The notes under the pieces were generated by a model. It ran no database searches, was not told the DNA's origin, and worked only from the letters and a program-made list of their open reading frames with translations. Below are positions 26,001 to 40,278 of a DNA stretch of 64,000 bases, in pieces. The DNA is from Ascidiella aspersa (lineage: Eukaryota): NCBI GenBank assembly GCA_963924565.1, contig OZ004612.1:32922001-32986000 (forward strand), in the 5' to 3' direction. Each line of letters opens with the position of its first letter. Position 1 is the first letter of the stretch. Both the position numbers and the translations under genes were made by a program.

Positions 26001-29000
26001 AACCCCACAGTTAAATTTAAGATTTGTTAGAGGGGGACTTCATTTGACGCGGACCCCCCTAAACATCGTTTGTTCGCGCGGACCGGGGTTGGCATAGAAT
26101 ATATAGAGATGACGACATAAAACAAGTAAAGTTAGAAAACCTGCTCTCAGGAAAAAAACGTGACACTGAAATAAATAAATGAAGTTCAGGGGAAGCGCCA
26201 ATTTACATTTTTAGTTAAAAAAATTCTATTTTTTAAATTATACACCAGGATTTTTAACAGGCCCTTAATTGTTCCCCTAAAATTAGCCCACAAACCCCCA
26301 AGGGTTCCACGGACCCCAGTTTAAGAAGCCTTTTGTTGGATTTTTTGTCCTAAAAATTGATCAAGTCCTAAATTATTTCATGAAGACAAAATTGGAATCC
26401 AGTTAAAAAGTTTAGGAAACAGTGGTTTGCGGTGAGGTCGCTTCAAGTAACACTTCGACAGCAAGGCGCGTTTCGCACAAAACCTTCCAATCAAACACGA
26501 GCGTTGCACAGATTAGCTTCAATACAAGGTTTGGCTTATTCTTGCTTCAGTTAACAAACCCTCACGTTTTAGGGGGACGGAAGGTAAAAACTAGGGTCAC
26601 TTAACAAAGGGGTTTTCCCTAACCCACCCATGCCTTCCTGAACTAGAAAGGTTGTTATTGGAAGTTAAGATTATTTATAAAAAGTTGTTATTTCAGCGCA
26701 AATAAAAGCAAAAGCTTAGCATTGCACGAAGTTTATGCTTTATGATAAACGTCTGATCCTGTTTTTACTCATGTTTTTAACTATGAGTTTTACTTGTTAA
26801 TATACGCGTCAGCGGAGCAGTGATCGACTGGCTAAAACCTGCCGCCGATGGTTTTCGATTCTATAAAGATACACCCTATTGCTTTATGATGAGTATGTTG
26901 AAGTCAATACATTTAGAAACAAATAGTAATGGGCAAAGTCAATGAAGGATATTAAAGGAGAGGGTTGTTTGCGTAAGAACAAAGCAAACAGAATGTGTTA
27001 AAGGTAAAATCATGCTTAAACACAAAATAACATTGTTAGTTGGCAGTTTTCACTTCATTCAGTTTGTTATGGTTTAAATCTAGCAGCCTTGTTAACTTTT
27101 CATGACGTAATAATACCGTATTTGTGACATAACAAATCGATCTCCATTAAGATGTTCCTTGGACGTGTCGCCATTTCTCCAAATTCTGCAGATTATATTG
27201 TTGATTGTGACGCTTCAACAAGCAACAATCGCCCATTGTCAGCGATCAATGGCTCAGCGATTTATTTCGCGCAAATGCAATAGTTTGCAATATTTCCGAT
27301 CGATGAGATCGTGGTTTAAATGCCACCTCGAACACTGCAAATAAATCGCTGATCTTTGCAAAACCACTTTCCATTCGAACCTTGGCTCTTGTTGCGTAAC
27401 ACCAACCCATTGTTGGCCTCACTTATTACGTCATAAAGCTCAATTGCTTCCTGTTGTGACGATTACAGAGATGCAGGTGTTCGCGCGTTTAATAAAGGGC
27501 TGCGCAACAAGCTAATGGAGCCAATCACAGAGCGATAGAGTTGATTGACAGGTCGCTTGTGAAGCGATACATTGCTCGATTGAAATCTTGCTTTGTAAAA
27601 TTTGGATAACTTGTGAGTTTTTTTGTTTTGTTAGTTTGATTTCGCTGATGATTTTACTTCTTGCTCTAACCTTTTGCCTTATTGTCGTGTTGGAAGTCAT
27701 TTAATCGCTTTGTCATATTTTGAATTTGCATTAAATCTAACCTACTTAACACTTATTTCTACCTCATCAACAATTTCCGTGTTCCAAATTCCTAGTTTTA
27801 TTATAATATTCATCTTATAGGATTCTCGCAGTGGTGAAATATTTTAAACTGTGACGTAATAAAGGTACGCGGTGCCACGCCCCCATAAAGTGCATTTCCC
27901 CCAAATTGTGTTTTCTGCAAATTAAGCACCTTTAAACGACGGTTTCCGAAACTCGATCATGCGTGTCGATTGTGACGTACAAAGCGCTTTGTTACGCATT
28001 CTGTGTTCAGTCATGCGTGGCTTGAGACATCGAGGATTTTTCTTTAAACGCGAGACTTTAGAAAATTACTTTAAATCGCGATCAAGATAAATAGAAGAGT
28101 GAAATGTTTGGGGGAATACCCTGAATTTGCCACGCCTAAATCCAAGTTGTTGAAATGAGTTGATTTTTATCAGCCTGTTTTTACCTTTTCGAAATATTGC
28201 TCATAAATGAACAAATTGAACATTTTAGATGTTTTGAAATTATTATTCGAAGCAACTAACTTATTGTAATTAACAACGCCATAGTTTAAGTGAGATATTT
28301 TAAAAGATATGACCATGGTAATTAACTCAAAGACTTGTCCGTAAAAACGATAAACACTTAAGCTCATTAAAGTAGGGCGCTGGTCATGGTTTTAACAGAT
28401 GGTGGAATGTTCTGTTGTGTGCATTACACGATCTCTTCGTTTAACATATGTTACATGTGGTTGCTTCATGAATGGTTGCAGCTGCGACAAATACAACCAT
28501 AAAGATCACTTGAAGTTTAATAATTCATGACTGTAAAGTTACTACAGTTGTTATCATTTGAGCAACGGTGTTTATAGTACAGGAAAACACCCTTTGTGAC
28601 CTAACATGCGCCTGTCACGTCACAATACATGCTTCCTTTGGTAAGGTTTGAACGTAAACAAACCTCGGTTGCTTGATTAAGCTCTCAAACGTTGATTGTT
28701 CGCGACATTTTAATAATTAACCCGAAATGTGACGACTGCAAAACACATTAATACTTTTCTAGTTTGCCCCAACCTAGACAGAATGTTTAAAACAGGCGTT
28801 TGTAGTAAATACTGAAAGACGTTGTAACTTTACTAGTTATTGTCGAAGTTATTTGAAAGAAATCTAATCTTAAACAACCGATGTTTTAAAGGTTTTTAGA
28901 AATATTATAACACACTGTTAAATTTAAACTCAAGCTCCGAGAATAGGAACTTTTGTGTCACGAAAAAAAATCGTTTTTCCCGAAAGATCAGAGTTTAACT

Positions 29001-29174
29001 AATACGCCGCTTATCTAGCATTTCAACAAAATGTTAACAAAAACACAAATCACAAGAAAACCCAATAATACTAAGGCCTAGTATAATTGCTGCTCGTTGC
29101 AAGCTCCGAACTTGCTTTCGGGCCGACCTAAGTTTGTTTCATGAATCACTTTTTACTTACTTGTTTGCCTCCAT
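14050..29174 (-). CDS. SLC38 (SNAT, system A/N-type; SLC38A1-6 group) sodium-coupled neutral amino-acid transporter, about 534 aa. Exons 29161-29174, 25741-25867, 23022-23185, 22076-22202, 19900-20021, 19380-19521, 18799-19083, 18005-18084, 17050-17150, 16866-16990, 14541-14685, 14050-14222
   Basis: All junctions are GT-AG and phase-consistent (total 1605 nt). Family signatures: [84 protein letters not shown]. The first two exons are less certain and the exact paralog is not assignable. Confidence 0.92.
14691..16822. repeat. 39/41-bp minisatellite (about 53 units) filling almost the whole intron
   Basis: Unit cacacactagagtgaggtttggtggcgattacaggggaa, with alternating variants forming an 80-bp dimer in the centre. 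Confidence 0.97.
17157..17585. repeat. 17-bp minisatellite (about 25 units) abutting a 3' splice site
   Basis: Unit aacaagatgtttg(t/a)aac. Confidence 0.97.
18470..18762. mobile_element. hAT (Charlie-like) MITE
   Basis: TIRs cagtggttctt / aagaaccactg; 8-bp TSD gattagag / gactagag. Confidence 0.85.
20025..20780. repeat. ~30-bp degenerate minisatellite (about 25 units) abutting a 3' splice site
   Basis: Unit ggggttactacaggtcagtaggggtattag. Confidence 0.95.
22184..22423 (-). repeat. 40-bp tandem repeat (6 copies), each containing the SLC38 3' splice site and exon start
   Basis: Unit caccagaaccatcatgatgctgcaatataaaccacagtta; on the minus strand ...tttatattgcag|catcatgatggttctggtg. Confidence 0.95.
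24039..24312. mobile_element. Degenerate hAT-like MITE
   Basis: Imperfect TIRs caggggagggcaa / ttgtccaggtctg with subterminal gggccg. Confidence 0.4.
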
Positions 29175-30137
29175 TTTTCCGGCACTGAAACCTTCAACGA
29201 AAACTTGGTTGTCTTCCTCCATTACGATTTCTATGTTTAGATTTTTTTTTTGGATGTTGACGTTCCAGGAGTCCTTCCAGCGAACCTTGTTTCCAGCAAA
29301 GCGCGATTACAGAGTGAAGCCTCGAGCTGCAAAACATCGAGCGTTCTTCTCTGCAACTGTGACGTAGCCATTCTTGCGAAACAATCGTTTGCACTAAGCG
29401 CTGTTTCGAAATCGAGCGTGGCATTGTGACGCAACAACACGTTTGTGGATTGTGTGAACTCAACCGATAAGTTCTGTAAAGAAGTTTACTTTCTGTGATT
29501 TAAGTAAATGTGGAATGTGGGTGAATACTTTCTGGTTCTTTCTATCACTTCCACTTTGTTTCCACTTTGTTTGACCAGGTTGCACGATTATTGCCGCCAC
29601 TTTACGGTGAATGTTTGCTTGAGACCGTGGCTTCCCACAAATAATGTTTTGTCCATTTTATTTTTACCCGTATCTTCTAATGTTTCCAGTTTCACATTTG
29701 CACTCGAGTTTTAGCAGGTTTTTTTTTTCATGTTATAACATTAAGACGCGAATTGTGACAGTTTCTGCCAGGGGCTAAGCAAATAACGAAACACTTACAA
29801 CAACAAACCAATAAACCAGGGCTTGACCCGCTTTATGACACTTTAACTTCGCGCGTCCCTTACCATGTCCTAACAATGCGCCTTGTGACGTCACACTTCT
29901 TGGTTGTTTTTGTTTATGATTGAATTGTTGTGAGACGGAAGCCCTTTGTGACGTGAGAGTATTTTGATTATTGCGAAATTGAAGCGAGACTTGCAATTAC
30001 TTTGGGATTACATATAACGACTTCGTGTTAAGAACGAAGGCGTTATAACGTTATCAAACAATCTAAACAAAAATTAAGATTTAGAAACAAGTCAATGCCA
30101 AATGTGCAATCAAATGTAAAATTGAACTGACATAAAT

Positions 30138-30580
30138 TTAATTATATGTTACAAGATAAGAAGGCTATGCAGTGGCGTCCACCCGGTCTATCTACAACAC
30201 TGCCTTAGGGATGGTTATTATGTTACATGGGGGGAACCCGCATCGACTGAGCACCTTGGCAGTATTTCCCAGTTATAACTTCGGCCAGAAACATTTGCTT
30301 GGGCGAGCTACTTGCGTACCGGCCTGAATAGCGCGCAGTAGAGACAAAGTAAACATCGCTGCCGCGTGCGGTGCCTGTAGAAATGTAAAAGTTTGACGCC
30401 TTCAAATATAACGAAATAGAAAGGAATGGACCCCTTAAAAATAGTTTACATTGGAGTAAAACAATTTAGAAGTAAACCAACAAAATAGATTCATACCATG
30501 CTACCGAAGCGATAAAGACAAAATGCCAACATTTTATTGCGATGGTTTCGATCGTGCGGTTAAAGCCGCTTCGTTCGCTT
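30138..30580 (-). pseudogene. Decayed PARP (PARP14/12-like mono-ART) catalytic-domain fragment
   Basis: After acceptor tttctacag (30375): GTARGSDVYFVSTARYSGRYASSSPKQMFLAEVITGKYCQGAQSMRVPP, then in-frame stops, SVVDRP, and a frameshifted A*PSYLVTY* resembling the AYPEYLI motif; upstream donor at about 30495. Confidence 0.65.
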
Positions 30581-33500
30581 TGGTACAAACTTTATATCGA
30601 GGCGAACGAGGCTTTGTAATATAAAGAATAAAACCTTTGTGTTATGCTTGCACTGAGGACCCGGTAGTTCGGTTGATTAGCATTATTACCACTTTATGCA
30701 ATTAATCGTAATAAAGTTTAAAAAAGTAGCAAATGTTTAGAAAATTGATAAAAGTCTACATGTTTTGTTGAACACGCTGAAAGCTGCCAATCGAGTCAAT
30801 GAACTCTGGTAACATCATCATTGTCTAACGGCACAACGAACGATGAGCGCCGCTCAAGTTTAGAAATGCTGTTTAATAGAATTTACCAAGCAGCTGTTTG
30901 TCACCACCTTGTGGTACAAATAAACGTCAACACCTGCCGCTAGGTAGCGTGGTTGAGTAAATAATATACATTACGTCGATAATGGTGAAAAGAAACCCCA
31001 TATGAATGTGAAACATTGCACATGCAGGTAATAACAAGTGCCAAATACCTGATTGGTACTGCTTTATTTCTTTATTTTATAGTAAAAGGCGAACGATTTA
31101 CACGTAGCAATAATTTTGTAATTGGAGCGTTTACTGCTCATGGGCGTCGAAGTAATGTTGCACCAAAAAACTAATAACACGCGCGCTTATATGGGCGCAG
31201 AATGCAATCACCATTTCAACGTAAACCAATAGTTTCTGCGAATTAGGGACGCTAGCGAATTGGCAACGCGAGAAACAAGTGCACAAGTCGTGCATGCTGC
31301 AGGGTAGTAGACATTTAGAGTGCGACAACAAAACACTCGGTATGAAATTGATGCGATGGTCGAACGGTTGTTTCCAGCCGTGACGTCACTATTCACGTCA
31401 TCACGTACGTCACCATACCTTTGACCAGTTGAAGTTATTTACGACCGAGCGGCAACTCCTAAATATTATTTTGTTTCGTTAGGTGGCGTGCGGGAGGTCC
31501 TGAGCTTGATTAAACAACTTTTACGACGCAATATTTAACCATTCTCTTCTATTATGCTTTAATAATTTGCAGTTGGTGTTTTGGTAAAATTTTGCTTGAA
31601 CCAAACCTGATATATGACATTATACAAAGTTAGACAATATTTACGTTTAAATTGTAAACTATATTTACGTTTAACCCTAACCCTATATTTACAATTCCTC
31701 TTGAGTTAAACGATTTATTCCTAATTATGGGGCATGTGGTTTGGCATTTGGCTCTCCAGCATTTAACCCAACCTATCCAATAAGTTGTTTACTTTTTATA
31801 CAAAGCGTTCGTTGTTTTCACCAAAGCATCGGGTTTAGGTTTGCAAAATTAAGTTTAAGCGCCACCTAGTGTGTGATTTTATACTATTATTTTACCGCTA
31901 GATGACAGCAAAGCTTCGCTATGTATTACTTTGTCGCGCCGATATTTACCAACCACATAAAACGTCGTCGCTACTCTACAATGGAGCTTATTATGTCACA
32001 ATGGTTAACAATGGCCACGCGCACCCAGGCGTTTGTATTGTGACGACATAAGTAAATCTGTTGCCGAATAAACGGCCTCTGTTTAAAAACAACAAATTGA
32101 AATTAATCTTTGGGTAAACGTGGTAAACAAACAACGATTGAAACTGATTGTTGGTGGATTGTGGATTGTGACGTAACAAAAGATGGCGCGCGTACAGACT
32201 AACTCCTTGAGGGGTACTTTCGGGGGGTGTGCCTTCTTGAACCGTTGTGTGCGTCGGCGTTAAGTGTTTGTAAATAAACGTGGTCGATGCGAATAAATGC
32301 AAGTATGACGTCACATTGAACTTTTTAGAACACGAAATGGTTCCCAGTAAAAGTGCAAGAGTTACTGACAGTAGAAACAAAAAAACTTAGTGAAGAGAGG
32401 AATGCTACTCGCAAGCCGCTGGTTCACCTTCCCTGTCATACAACATTGCACAGCAAGAAGTTGAACCTGGAACTTTTGTTTGAGATTGAGCGGTGGGAAA
32501 TAACATTTATGGAAATTGTGTTGACTTTTTACATAGTTCAATTCAGCGAAGTTATGTTTTTTAAATATTACAATCCTAAATCACTGATGAGTGAAAATCA
32601 TGTGCGAGTCGAACAGAGAATATCGAACTTTGCGTTTTCAAGGTTTGTTGCATACGTAGTTCTTTATTTATACAGAAAAATATTGTAATAAACAAAAAGT
32701 CACAAATGCTAATAAGTGGTAAGTTGTAATTTATAAATTACAATTTAATTGGAACTTGTGAATAAATCAACTTTACTTGGTTTGAATAAGGTAACTTACC
32801 TCTTTATAATCCATGATATTAGGGCTACTCAATCTGCTCTTGCACTGACTGAGACAAATCAAAGTTAGGACGAATTTTGTTTCATCCTCCATTGTTTTAA
32901 AGCAGAACAAACTCACATTTTCCCAATCAATGAGATGCTTCGTCCAAACTCAACAAAACCTGCAACTATGAAAAAAAAAAGTACATTTTTAGAATTCGTT
33001 TTTTAAATAATTCAGCGTTGATTGGTAGATGCATTGATTTGGAACAACAAACGCAAAATTAAACAAAACTAAGTAGTAAATTTGCGTTGAAATACTTTGC
33101 GGTTAAATAAAGCGCTGTTAAAAGTGGAAAGTCACTAAAAGCCGCTGGAATCTCAACAAAGTGCAAAGGGATTGCAAACTGAGGCGCCACAATCACTTAA
33201 TACCAGCTTATGCTTATTTCCAGATAATACCCCACAACTAACTTCCAGGGGTGTCCAGTATCCCCTGCCCCCCCACGAAGCAGGTCCCTGGTGGATTATG
33301 GGCAGCAATAACAAGTAAAGTGTGTGGGGAGTGTGTGAGGTCACGCATGGTTGCACCCACTGACAGATGTGTTGGTTGAGAACCTTACTTTCCTGACGTT
33401 CCCACGATCCGAGCTTTTAAAACTTGAGACGCTTCAGCGCACAAGTGGTGCTCGGCGGATGAATATCAACGCAACACCGCGGATGAATATCACTTTGAAG

Positions 33501-36500
33501 TCAGGGTTGGCAACCCAACGTAGATATTATGGTTTAATACATTTCCGAAAAGGTTCCATAAATATGTGAAAATAAATGAACTTTCATCCAAACACCCCTG
33601 CTTCCGACAAAGTTGTATTTCTCACTTTTTACTTTAAACCTCGTTTATTTGTTGAACGCAGACGATTCGTTCGCTGAGAGTTAATTCGACTCAAGAGCTC
33701 CATTGTCTCAAACACGCGCCCACTCGCTATTGTGACGTAACACGCGTGCCTTTCTTTTCCGAGCTATTATTACGTCACACAGGCACACTCCCCACATTCA
33801 GGGGTTTTCGGTACTAACTCGTGCGTAACCAGGATTATGACGTCATAAGGTGAGTGATATTTGAAGTTTAATTTGAGCTTTTCATATTTTTTTAAAATTT
33901 TTTTGTTGTTTTTTTAATTTATTTATTTTCCTTTTTGTTTCAAGCGAACGAAACATAGCAGAAAATATTTTAAGATGCTAATTTCAGTAAAAACTTATTT
34001 TCTATTTTTTGGGTACAAGTATTTTTTTAACTTTTAGTTAAATATGATAAGCTGTTTTTAACGTAGTTCCATAATCCGGGCTTCACAGTTAAATAACTGT
34101 AACCAAGTGAGCATGTTTTAAAAAAGGTTGCACATGTTAAAACATTGGCACCCGCCATTTTTATCGCGGTTGTAACAAACGAATCGCGCTTTTGGTTTTG
34201 TTGCGACATCTCTCACAAAATGCTCGCCTCATCCCACTAATCGCTGCTCTCATGGGATCCTGGCGTTGAAATCAAAGGTTTAGTTTTTTTGGGGGGGAGG
34301 GGCGAAATCCAAATGTGACCGATTTGGGAATTATCGATTCCTTTGAGCTTTCGCCAAAATCTTGTCTGGCTTTTTGTGGCCGCCTCAAGTCCTGAATCAT
34401 CTGTAATTGGCCGATGAAAGATTGTTTCGTCACAGTGAGATAATTATAAGGTCACAATGGGAGAACACAAACCACCAGAGATCTCACTTGTTACGGCTCA
34501 ATTGGTTTTATCGGGTTTATTTAGGTTTTACAATAAATGAAAACACGTTCATTTGTTTTAAAGCCATTTTTGAACAAAGCAAATCCGAGGTTTGTGAATA
34601 TAAAGAACTCAGTTTTAATTAAAATTATAAAAGAATTCTGTTTATCAACTTCACAATTGATCGTTTTTTATTTAAAACCGATTAATTTTTACTTGTCCTA
34701 TTTATTTAATAAAAACTAAAAACTTCCATTGTCAATGTAGAATTATAAATAGCATCTTCACATATTGCATAGCACAGAAAATTCTCTAGAACAATAAACA
34801 ATCGGCCCTACCCTGTTTCCATTTGTGACGTAACAGGGCAAATGGATTTGAAAGTAAACAAGTTTGTTTTTTGTGAATGACGCATCTCAATTGTGCAAAG
34901 TTGTGAATGTTGTTGCTTTAACTCTTCACACTAAAATTCACTTCTTCAGCACAACCTGGACATAAGTGAAGCAAATAGTAAAATTAAAACAAATATATTA
35001 ACAACCACAGTTTACAAGCATGATCTTATTTAAGCGCTCTTAATTTCAACCAGAAGGTCTGTTTATATGAACGTCAGTTTTCGTTCCATCTTTTAGGTGG
35101 AATGTGATTTATGGCGGGGAAGTGAACTCCTAACGGCGACACGAAGTTGTTTAGACTTAGTTTCAAGTTTCCCTGGTTTGTTTGTGTTTTGTGAGGGATG
35201 GGCTGCAACCTTCAACACTATTAACCCGCTGACACGTCTGCCTTCTGTGCCACTTGCCACACACGCATGATACTTGCCACACACGCATGATACTTGCCAC
35301 TTGCCACTTGTTGTCAGTTTTCATGCAGTAATACCTCCAGTAAAAGAGTTATTGGTCAAAAACGTCATTGGTCAATATTTCTTCCCTACAACTTGGTGTT
35401 ATTGCTATTTATTGATTATACGCACAAGTTTTGTTTAACCCAGGGTTCTAGCCTGGCCCTCTACGCTCTGGGGCCACGAGTATACGATATTGCATTATTC
35501 GCAAGTTAAACTCTTGGTAAAGGGAACAAATACTGACTAAACGTTGAAAAGCACTGAGTATAAGATATGTTGTTTAAACAAACCATACTTACTTGGCTCA
35601 ACAAAACTTGCACGTGTTTGCAATCCACAACCTTGTATGACCTTTCCCCCCTCCGCTCTAGTCCCAAACCAGCCTGATTTGTTTAACTTCGCGTCGGGGG
35701 ATTGTGACATCACAGTGTCGGGATTATAAACAATGGCTTCCCGCGCGGCGAGACAGCGGTGGTCTCGAATCAGCCGCCCGTGATTAATAATATGACCTTC
35801 AAATGTCCTTGGGCATTGTTCGCGGCGGTTTAAACAATGGGAGTCTCGCGTTATTTTAGTTATGCCAAGTTTGGTGAATCGTGTGCTAAGTGTTCTCAGC
35901 ATGCAAAAGTGGGAATATTACTTAATAACCACCAAAACCGAATAAAGGTTTTAAAAATCATCGCCGCAGAAAAAGCCTAAAAAGTGAACATTTGTAAAAT
36001 GTTTGTCAATTATCTGTGGCCCTCTTCTTTCAAAGCAGCGAAGCCTTGGTGAAACTTCAACTTTACATTTCGTGTCTCAACCGACGTTTTGTGCAGGTTT
36101 TAAATTGAAGCGGTTTTACAAAGAGTGAGATTCCAGCTTGTCATTACAACTTGCCGATCCACTTCACGCAAGTTTTGTTTCGGGCGAATTTGTGAAACTT
36201 CTCGCGTTTGAAGTTGGCCACGTGACGCGCAAAGTGCTCGCGACAATCAAAACGCGATTCTCGCACTTTTAAAACAATCGACCATTGTTACAACACAAAG
36301 CGTGCCACTTCCACACTTCAAACCTCTTCACACCTCCTAACAAGGGCGTTACGTCATTTATGGATGACGCCACTGTATTATAATTGTCGAAATCTTTAGA
36401 AATAACTAAAAACTAAAACTTTCGCAATCTACTTAGTAAAACAATTGTTTCGCAACTATGGGTTCTAGCTTCTGTGTTATTCAATACTTTCCCTAAATTT

Positions 36501-37669
36501 TTTTTTGTGTCGCGGGAATTGTGAAATTCTTAATTTTTTGCTCGTTCAACTTTTGTGTTTATTTCACTTGAGCATTGACGTTTGTGTTGGCTAAAACATT
36601 TTCACAAAAGAATAGTATTTTAGTTTCTGTCGTCAAGCAAACTTCGAGAAATAAATATAGAATTGACACGGCACAGCGGTGCCTTATGACGTAACAAAGA
36701 GGCTGGGTTCCATTGTCGTTGTTTTGTCATAATACATTTCCTAAAAGGCAACTAATTCTGGATTTGTAAGGTAAAGCTTTGTGGTGTAATGGTTAAAGGA
36801 TGTAACTTAGAACAAAGCAGAACCAACATATAAAGGTAAAACATCGTGTCGGCGGTAAACCAATGTATTTATTTCTCAACTTAATCGCAAACCAAACCTT
36901 CACAAACGTCACTTAGTAATAACTTTCCTGGCTCGCTTATTCATTAAACTGTTTTAATCAAAATTAATTCATGTATTTAATATTTTCGTTTCGTGGAATT
37001 AACTTCTCAGTTATTACACATGCTTACATGACGTAATCAGTTGTTGTGACGTAGATGGGGGGAGCGGTTTGGGAGGGGCGACACGATTGATGGCGTCATC
37101 ACTTGTAAGCCAGGGATCGGCCTGGATTGGTGGAGTGACGTCAAGCAAATGTGGTTCTTGATGAAACAAGTTCAGTGGCACAACTATCAACCATTTGCTG
37201 CCTGGGGCCTTAAAGCTGACAATATAAGAAACATTTCACTAATGTTACGTCACAAAGCTTGTATTATCATATAAACAATTACCACATTATCGACAATTTA
37301 GCACTTCTCATCGTAATCTGGTTAATATTGATTTCCTGCCTAAATGTCTGTCACTGAACTGATGCGGATATGCAAGTTATTACGAGAAACTTCTCTTGTT
37401 GCAAACGCCCATAAGCTCTCCTTTGACCATCACCTTCAGCCCAAGCGTTCAACAACGAGCGTTAACGGCATGCCTGAACCAAGACTGCCCGTGGTGTGTC
37501 ACTAATTGTAAACCAACGATTTCACAACAAAAGCGCAAAACAATCAGTGATTGGGAGAGGAAACGTAGAAGTGTAGAGGCGGAAAACTAAACAAGGTGTG
37601 GAACAAATTTAATCAAAGCAAATAAGTTAAAAATGGGGAATATATTCGTGCGACATTAACGGCCTAAAC

Positions 37670-38202
37670 CAGGGGTGTCCAACAAGCGGCACGCGTGCCA
37701 AATATGGCATGCGACCTAATAAAAAATGGCACGCAAGCCCTCCCCAAAACATACTAAAATTGTTATTCAGCCAATTCTCAAAAAAGCTCAATTTGTTATT
37801 CAGCCAATTGTCAGAAAATACTAAGTTTGTTATACAGTCAATTGCCATTGTTTGTTCACAATATACCTTTGTTTGTTCACAATATAAAACAATCGCGACA
37901 ATCACGACAACCAACAATTACTTTTGATCTAGTAACATTATACTGTGTGGAGGCTTGCATTCACATAATATTATATAGCTTGGTGTGAAGAAACAAAAGT
38001 CAGATCACCGAGAGACACTTTGATGTAGTGATGCGCATTTCTACTAGACAGTTTTTTTTTCAAGTTTAAATAAGCGTTTTTATTTTTGGTAAAAAAGCGC
38101 TTTTATGATTAAAAAGAATTGGTTCGGTTACGAAACTTTGGCACGGGAAGAAGTTATAAGATAAAAATTCGCACGCCAGCATGTTTGAGTTGGACACCCC
38201 TG
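37670..38202. mobile_element. hAT (Charlie-like) MITE
   Basis: 14-bp perfect TIR caggggtgtccaac / gttggacacccctg; TSD gcctaaac / gcctaaat. Confidence 0.9.
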
Positions 38203-39986
38203 GCCTAAATGTTTCTGGTGCTAAGAAAAGTATTTTTAAAGGGAGTCATAATATTGCCTAAATACCAACAGGTTTCTTGCTCAAACGGAACCAAGAAAAT
38301 AGTTTTATTATTCAACTCACCTCCACCCCTATTATGACCCCTTCTATAAATACCCACCCACGCCCCACAAATAGATCGCTTCAAACCTGAAAAAACATTC
38401 ACTTTTATCGCGCAATAGCACGCACAACAATGCAACGCCAGCGTCCATTGTTACCCACACATTATGTCATAATCGAAACAATTTAATTGTCAAGTCGCGT
38501 GCTTTTAGATCTGCTTGTTACGTCATCAGTTTATGATTATTTCGTGTAAAGTGATATTAAAAAAGTTTCACAATCCTGTAACTTTTCACAAAACTTAACA
38601 TTTTGTACAAAAACCGCCCTGAAGGCTCATCGCTATAATGTCGTGTGTGCGGCGTCTGTTATCGAAGCACTAAACCATCAATAACAATCAATATCGTCTC
38701 TGTGCACCGATAACAATAATATCGCTCTATAGCACCGATACATCCCCTGGGACCATCGTTACCCCAACATCCCTAACCCCCTCAATCGCCTCCATCCCCC
38801 TCAATCGCCCCCATTTGATGAAGTCGCCCACATATCAGTGACCCCATTAAATCTAACCCCCCTAAGCGTGTGTACAGGGGACCCCGGCTCGTGACCTCAC
38901 AACTACACCCATTGTTACCCATTGTTTGGATCGCGTTTAATCAGAGCGCGAGCCTATTGTGACGTCAGCAGGTAGAGGCACCTTACAGCGGTTTCCCATG
39001 ACGCAACAATGGTTGTGGAATAGGCACGCGCGCGTTCTCACAGTAAGCGAACCTGGACATATATCTGATGTCGATGTACATTGTTGCTGGTTCGGGGGCG
39101 TCGATTTATTGGGCAACTTTGTACGAAGGTTCTTGTCGTTTTAATCCGTTATGTTGGCAACACGAGACAAGGAAAATATTTATTTTAATATAATACAAAA
39201 ACTATTTCCTTCATTTTAAGATTTTTGTTTCTAAAAACCCAAATAGTTGCGCAAATACTAAACATGTAAAAACTTTAACGAATGTCTTTAATCTTATGAA
39301 AGTAAAGTTCAGAAGAAACTATTTTCTGTCTTAATAATAAAACTATATCAGCGGTCAAACAATCCTTAACTTAATGATTTTTTGAAGTACTTTTTATTGT
39401 CTTAATCCCCAAATAGATTGTTATAGCGGAACTTGTTTGATCTTACCGAGTTAAAGTTGTGTTTAAAGGCTCCACTTTGATTTGCTGACAGCTTTCCTCA
39501 GTTGTGTATTCCAACAAATCGCGTCGCACCAACAATGGTCCAACAATCGCGCTATTGTGACGCGTTCCACCGCTTCTTATGTTTCTTGCCCCCCTAACCC
39601 CAGCAAGGTTCGGTTTCAATCCACGCTCGTTCGTATTTGTTGCTTTAACGCTTGTACACGACCGAAAACATGGAATACCAAATTAAAACTATTCTCACAA
39701 ACTTGTATGTAACACCGACTTGCCTAACCATGTCCTAATTCAAATTGAAACAGCTGTGTTTAAGCGCTTATAATAAGATTTTTATGTAAACGTTTTTGGA
39801 GAAAAATAAAAAGATTTCCACTGTTTTATTCAATGAGTAGTTTTTGGATTAAACACTTAAAGTTACCCTGGCTTGCTTATTTAATGGCCAGTACAAACCG
39901 AGGTTAAAGAGTGCTTTTCATGTATTTTCAATATATTTATATAACTCTCGAAGAAGAAAATGGCATGAACAGGCTTGAAACATTTG

Positions 39987-39994
39987 AAGGCACG
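39987..39994 (-). promoter_or_regulatory. miR-124 seed match in Hes 3'UTR
   Basis: Minus-strand CGTGCCTT is complementary to miR-124 nt 2-9 and lies between the stop (40279) and AATAAA (39825-39830); a second 6-mer lies at 40140-40145. Confidence 0.55.
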
Positions 39995-40278
39995 AGTGAA
40001 ACATTGTCGCGCCTCGGTTGAAAAAACACACAAACTTCCAAAATGTTAAACATCTTAAATTGAAGCAGCTTACATAAGATTAGTATGAGGTCATAAATAA
40101 CCCTTTGTTAATGACGTCACTAGAGCCCCGCTATAGCTGAAGGCAGTCACAAGAAAAGCAAGAAAGTCATCGGAAGGTAAAACAGACTCGAGTCTGCAAA
40201 GTTGTCGAAAAAGCAAACACAAAAATAACAAGGAACAATAAAGTTTAATCCGGTGCGCTGTGGCGATAATAATCCCGA

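Noticed and set aside
31000-39700. Short ORFs between the PARP relic and Hes
   Set aside because: No recognisable domains or phase-consistent exon chains; the region looks like cis-regulatory DNA
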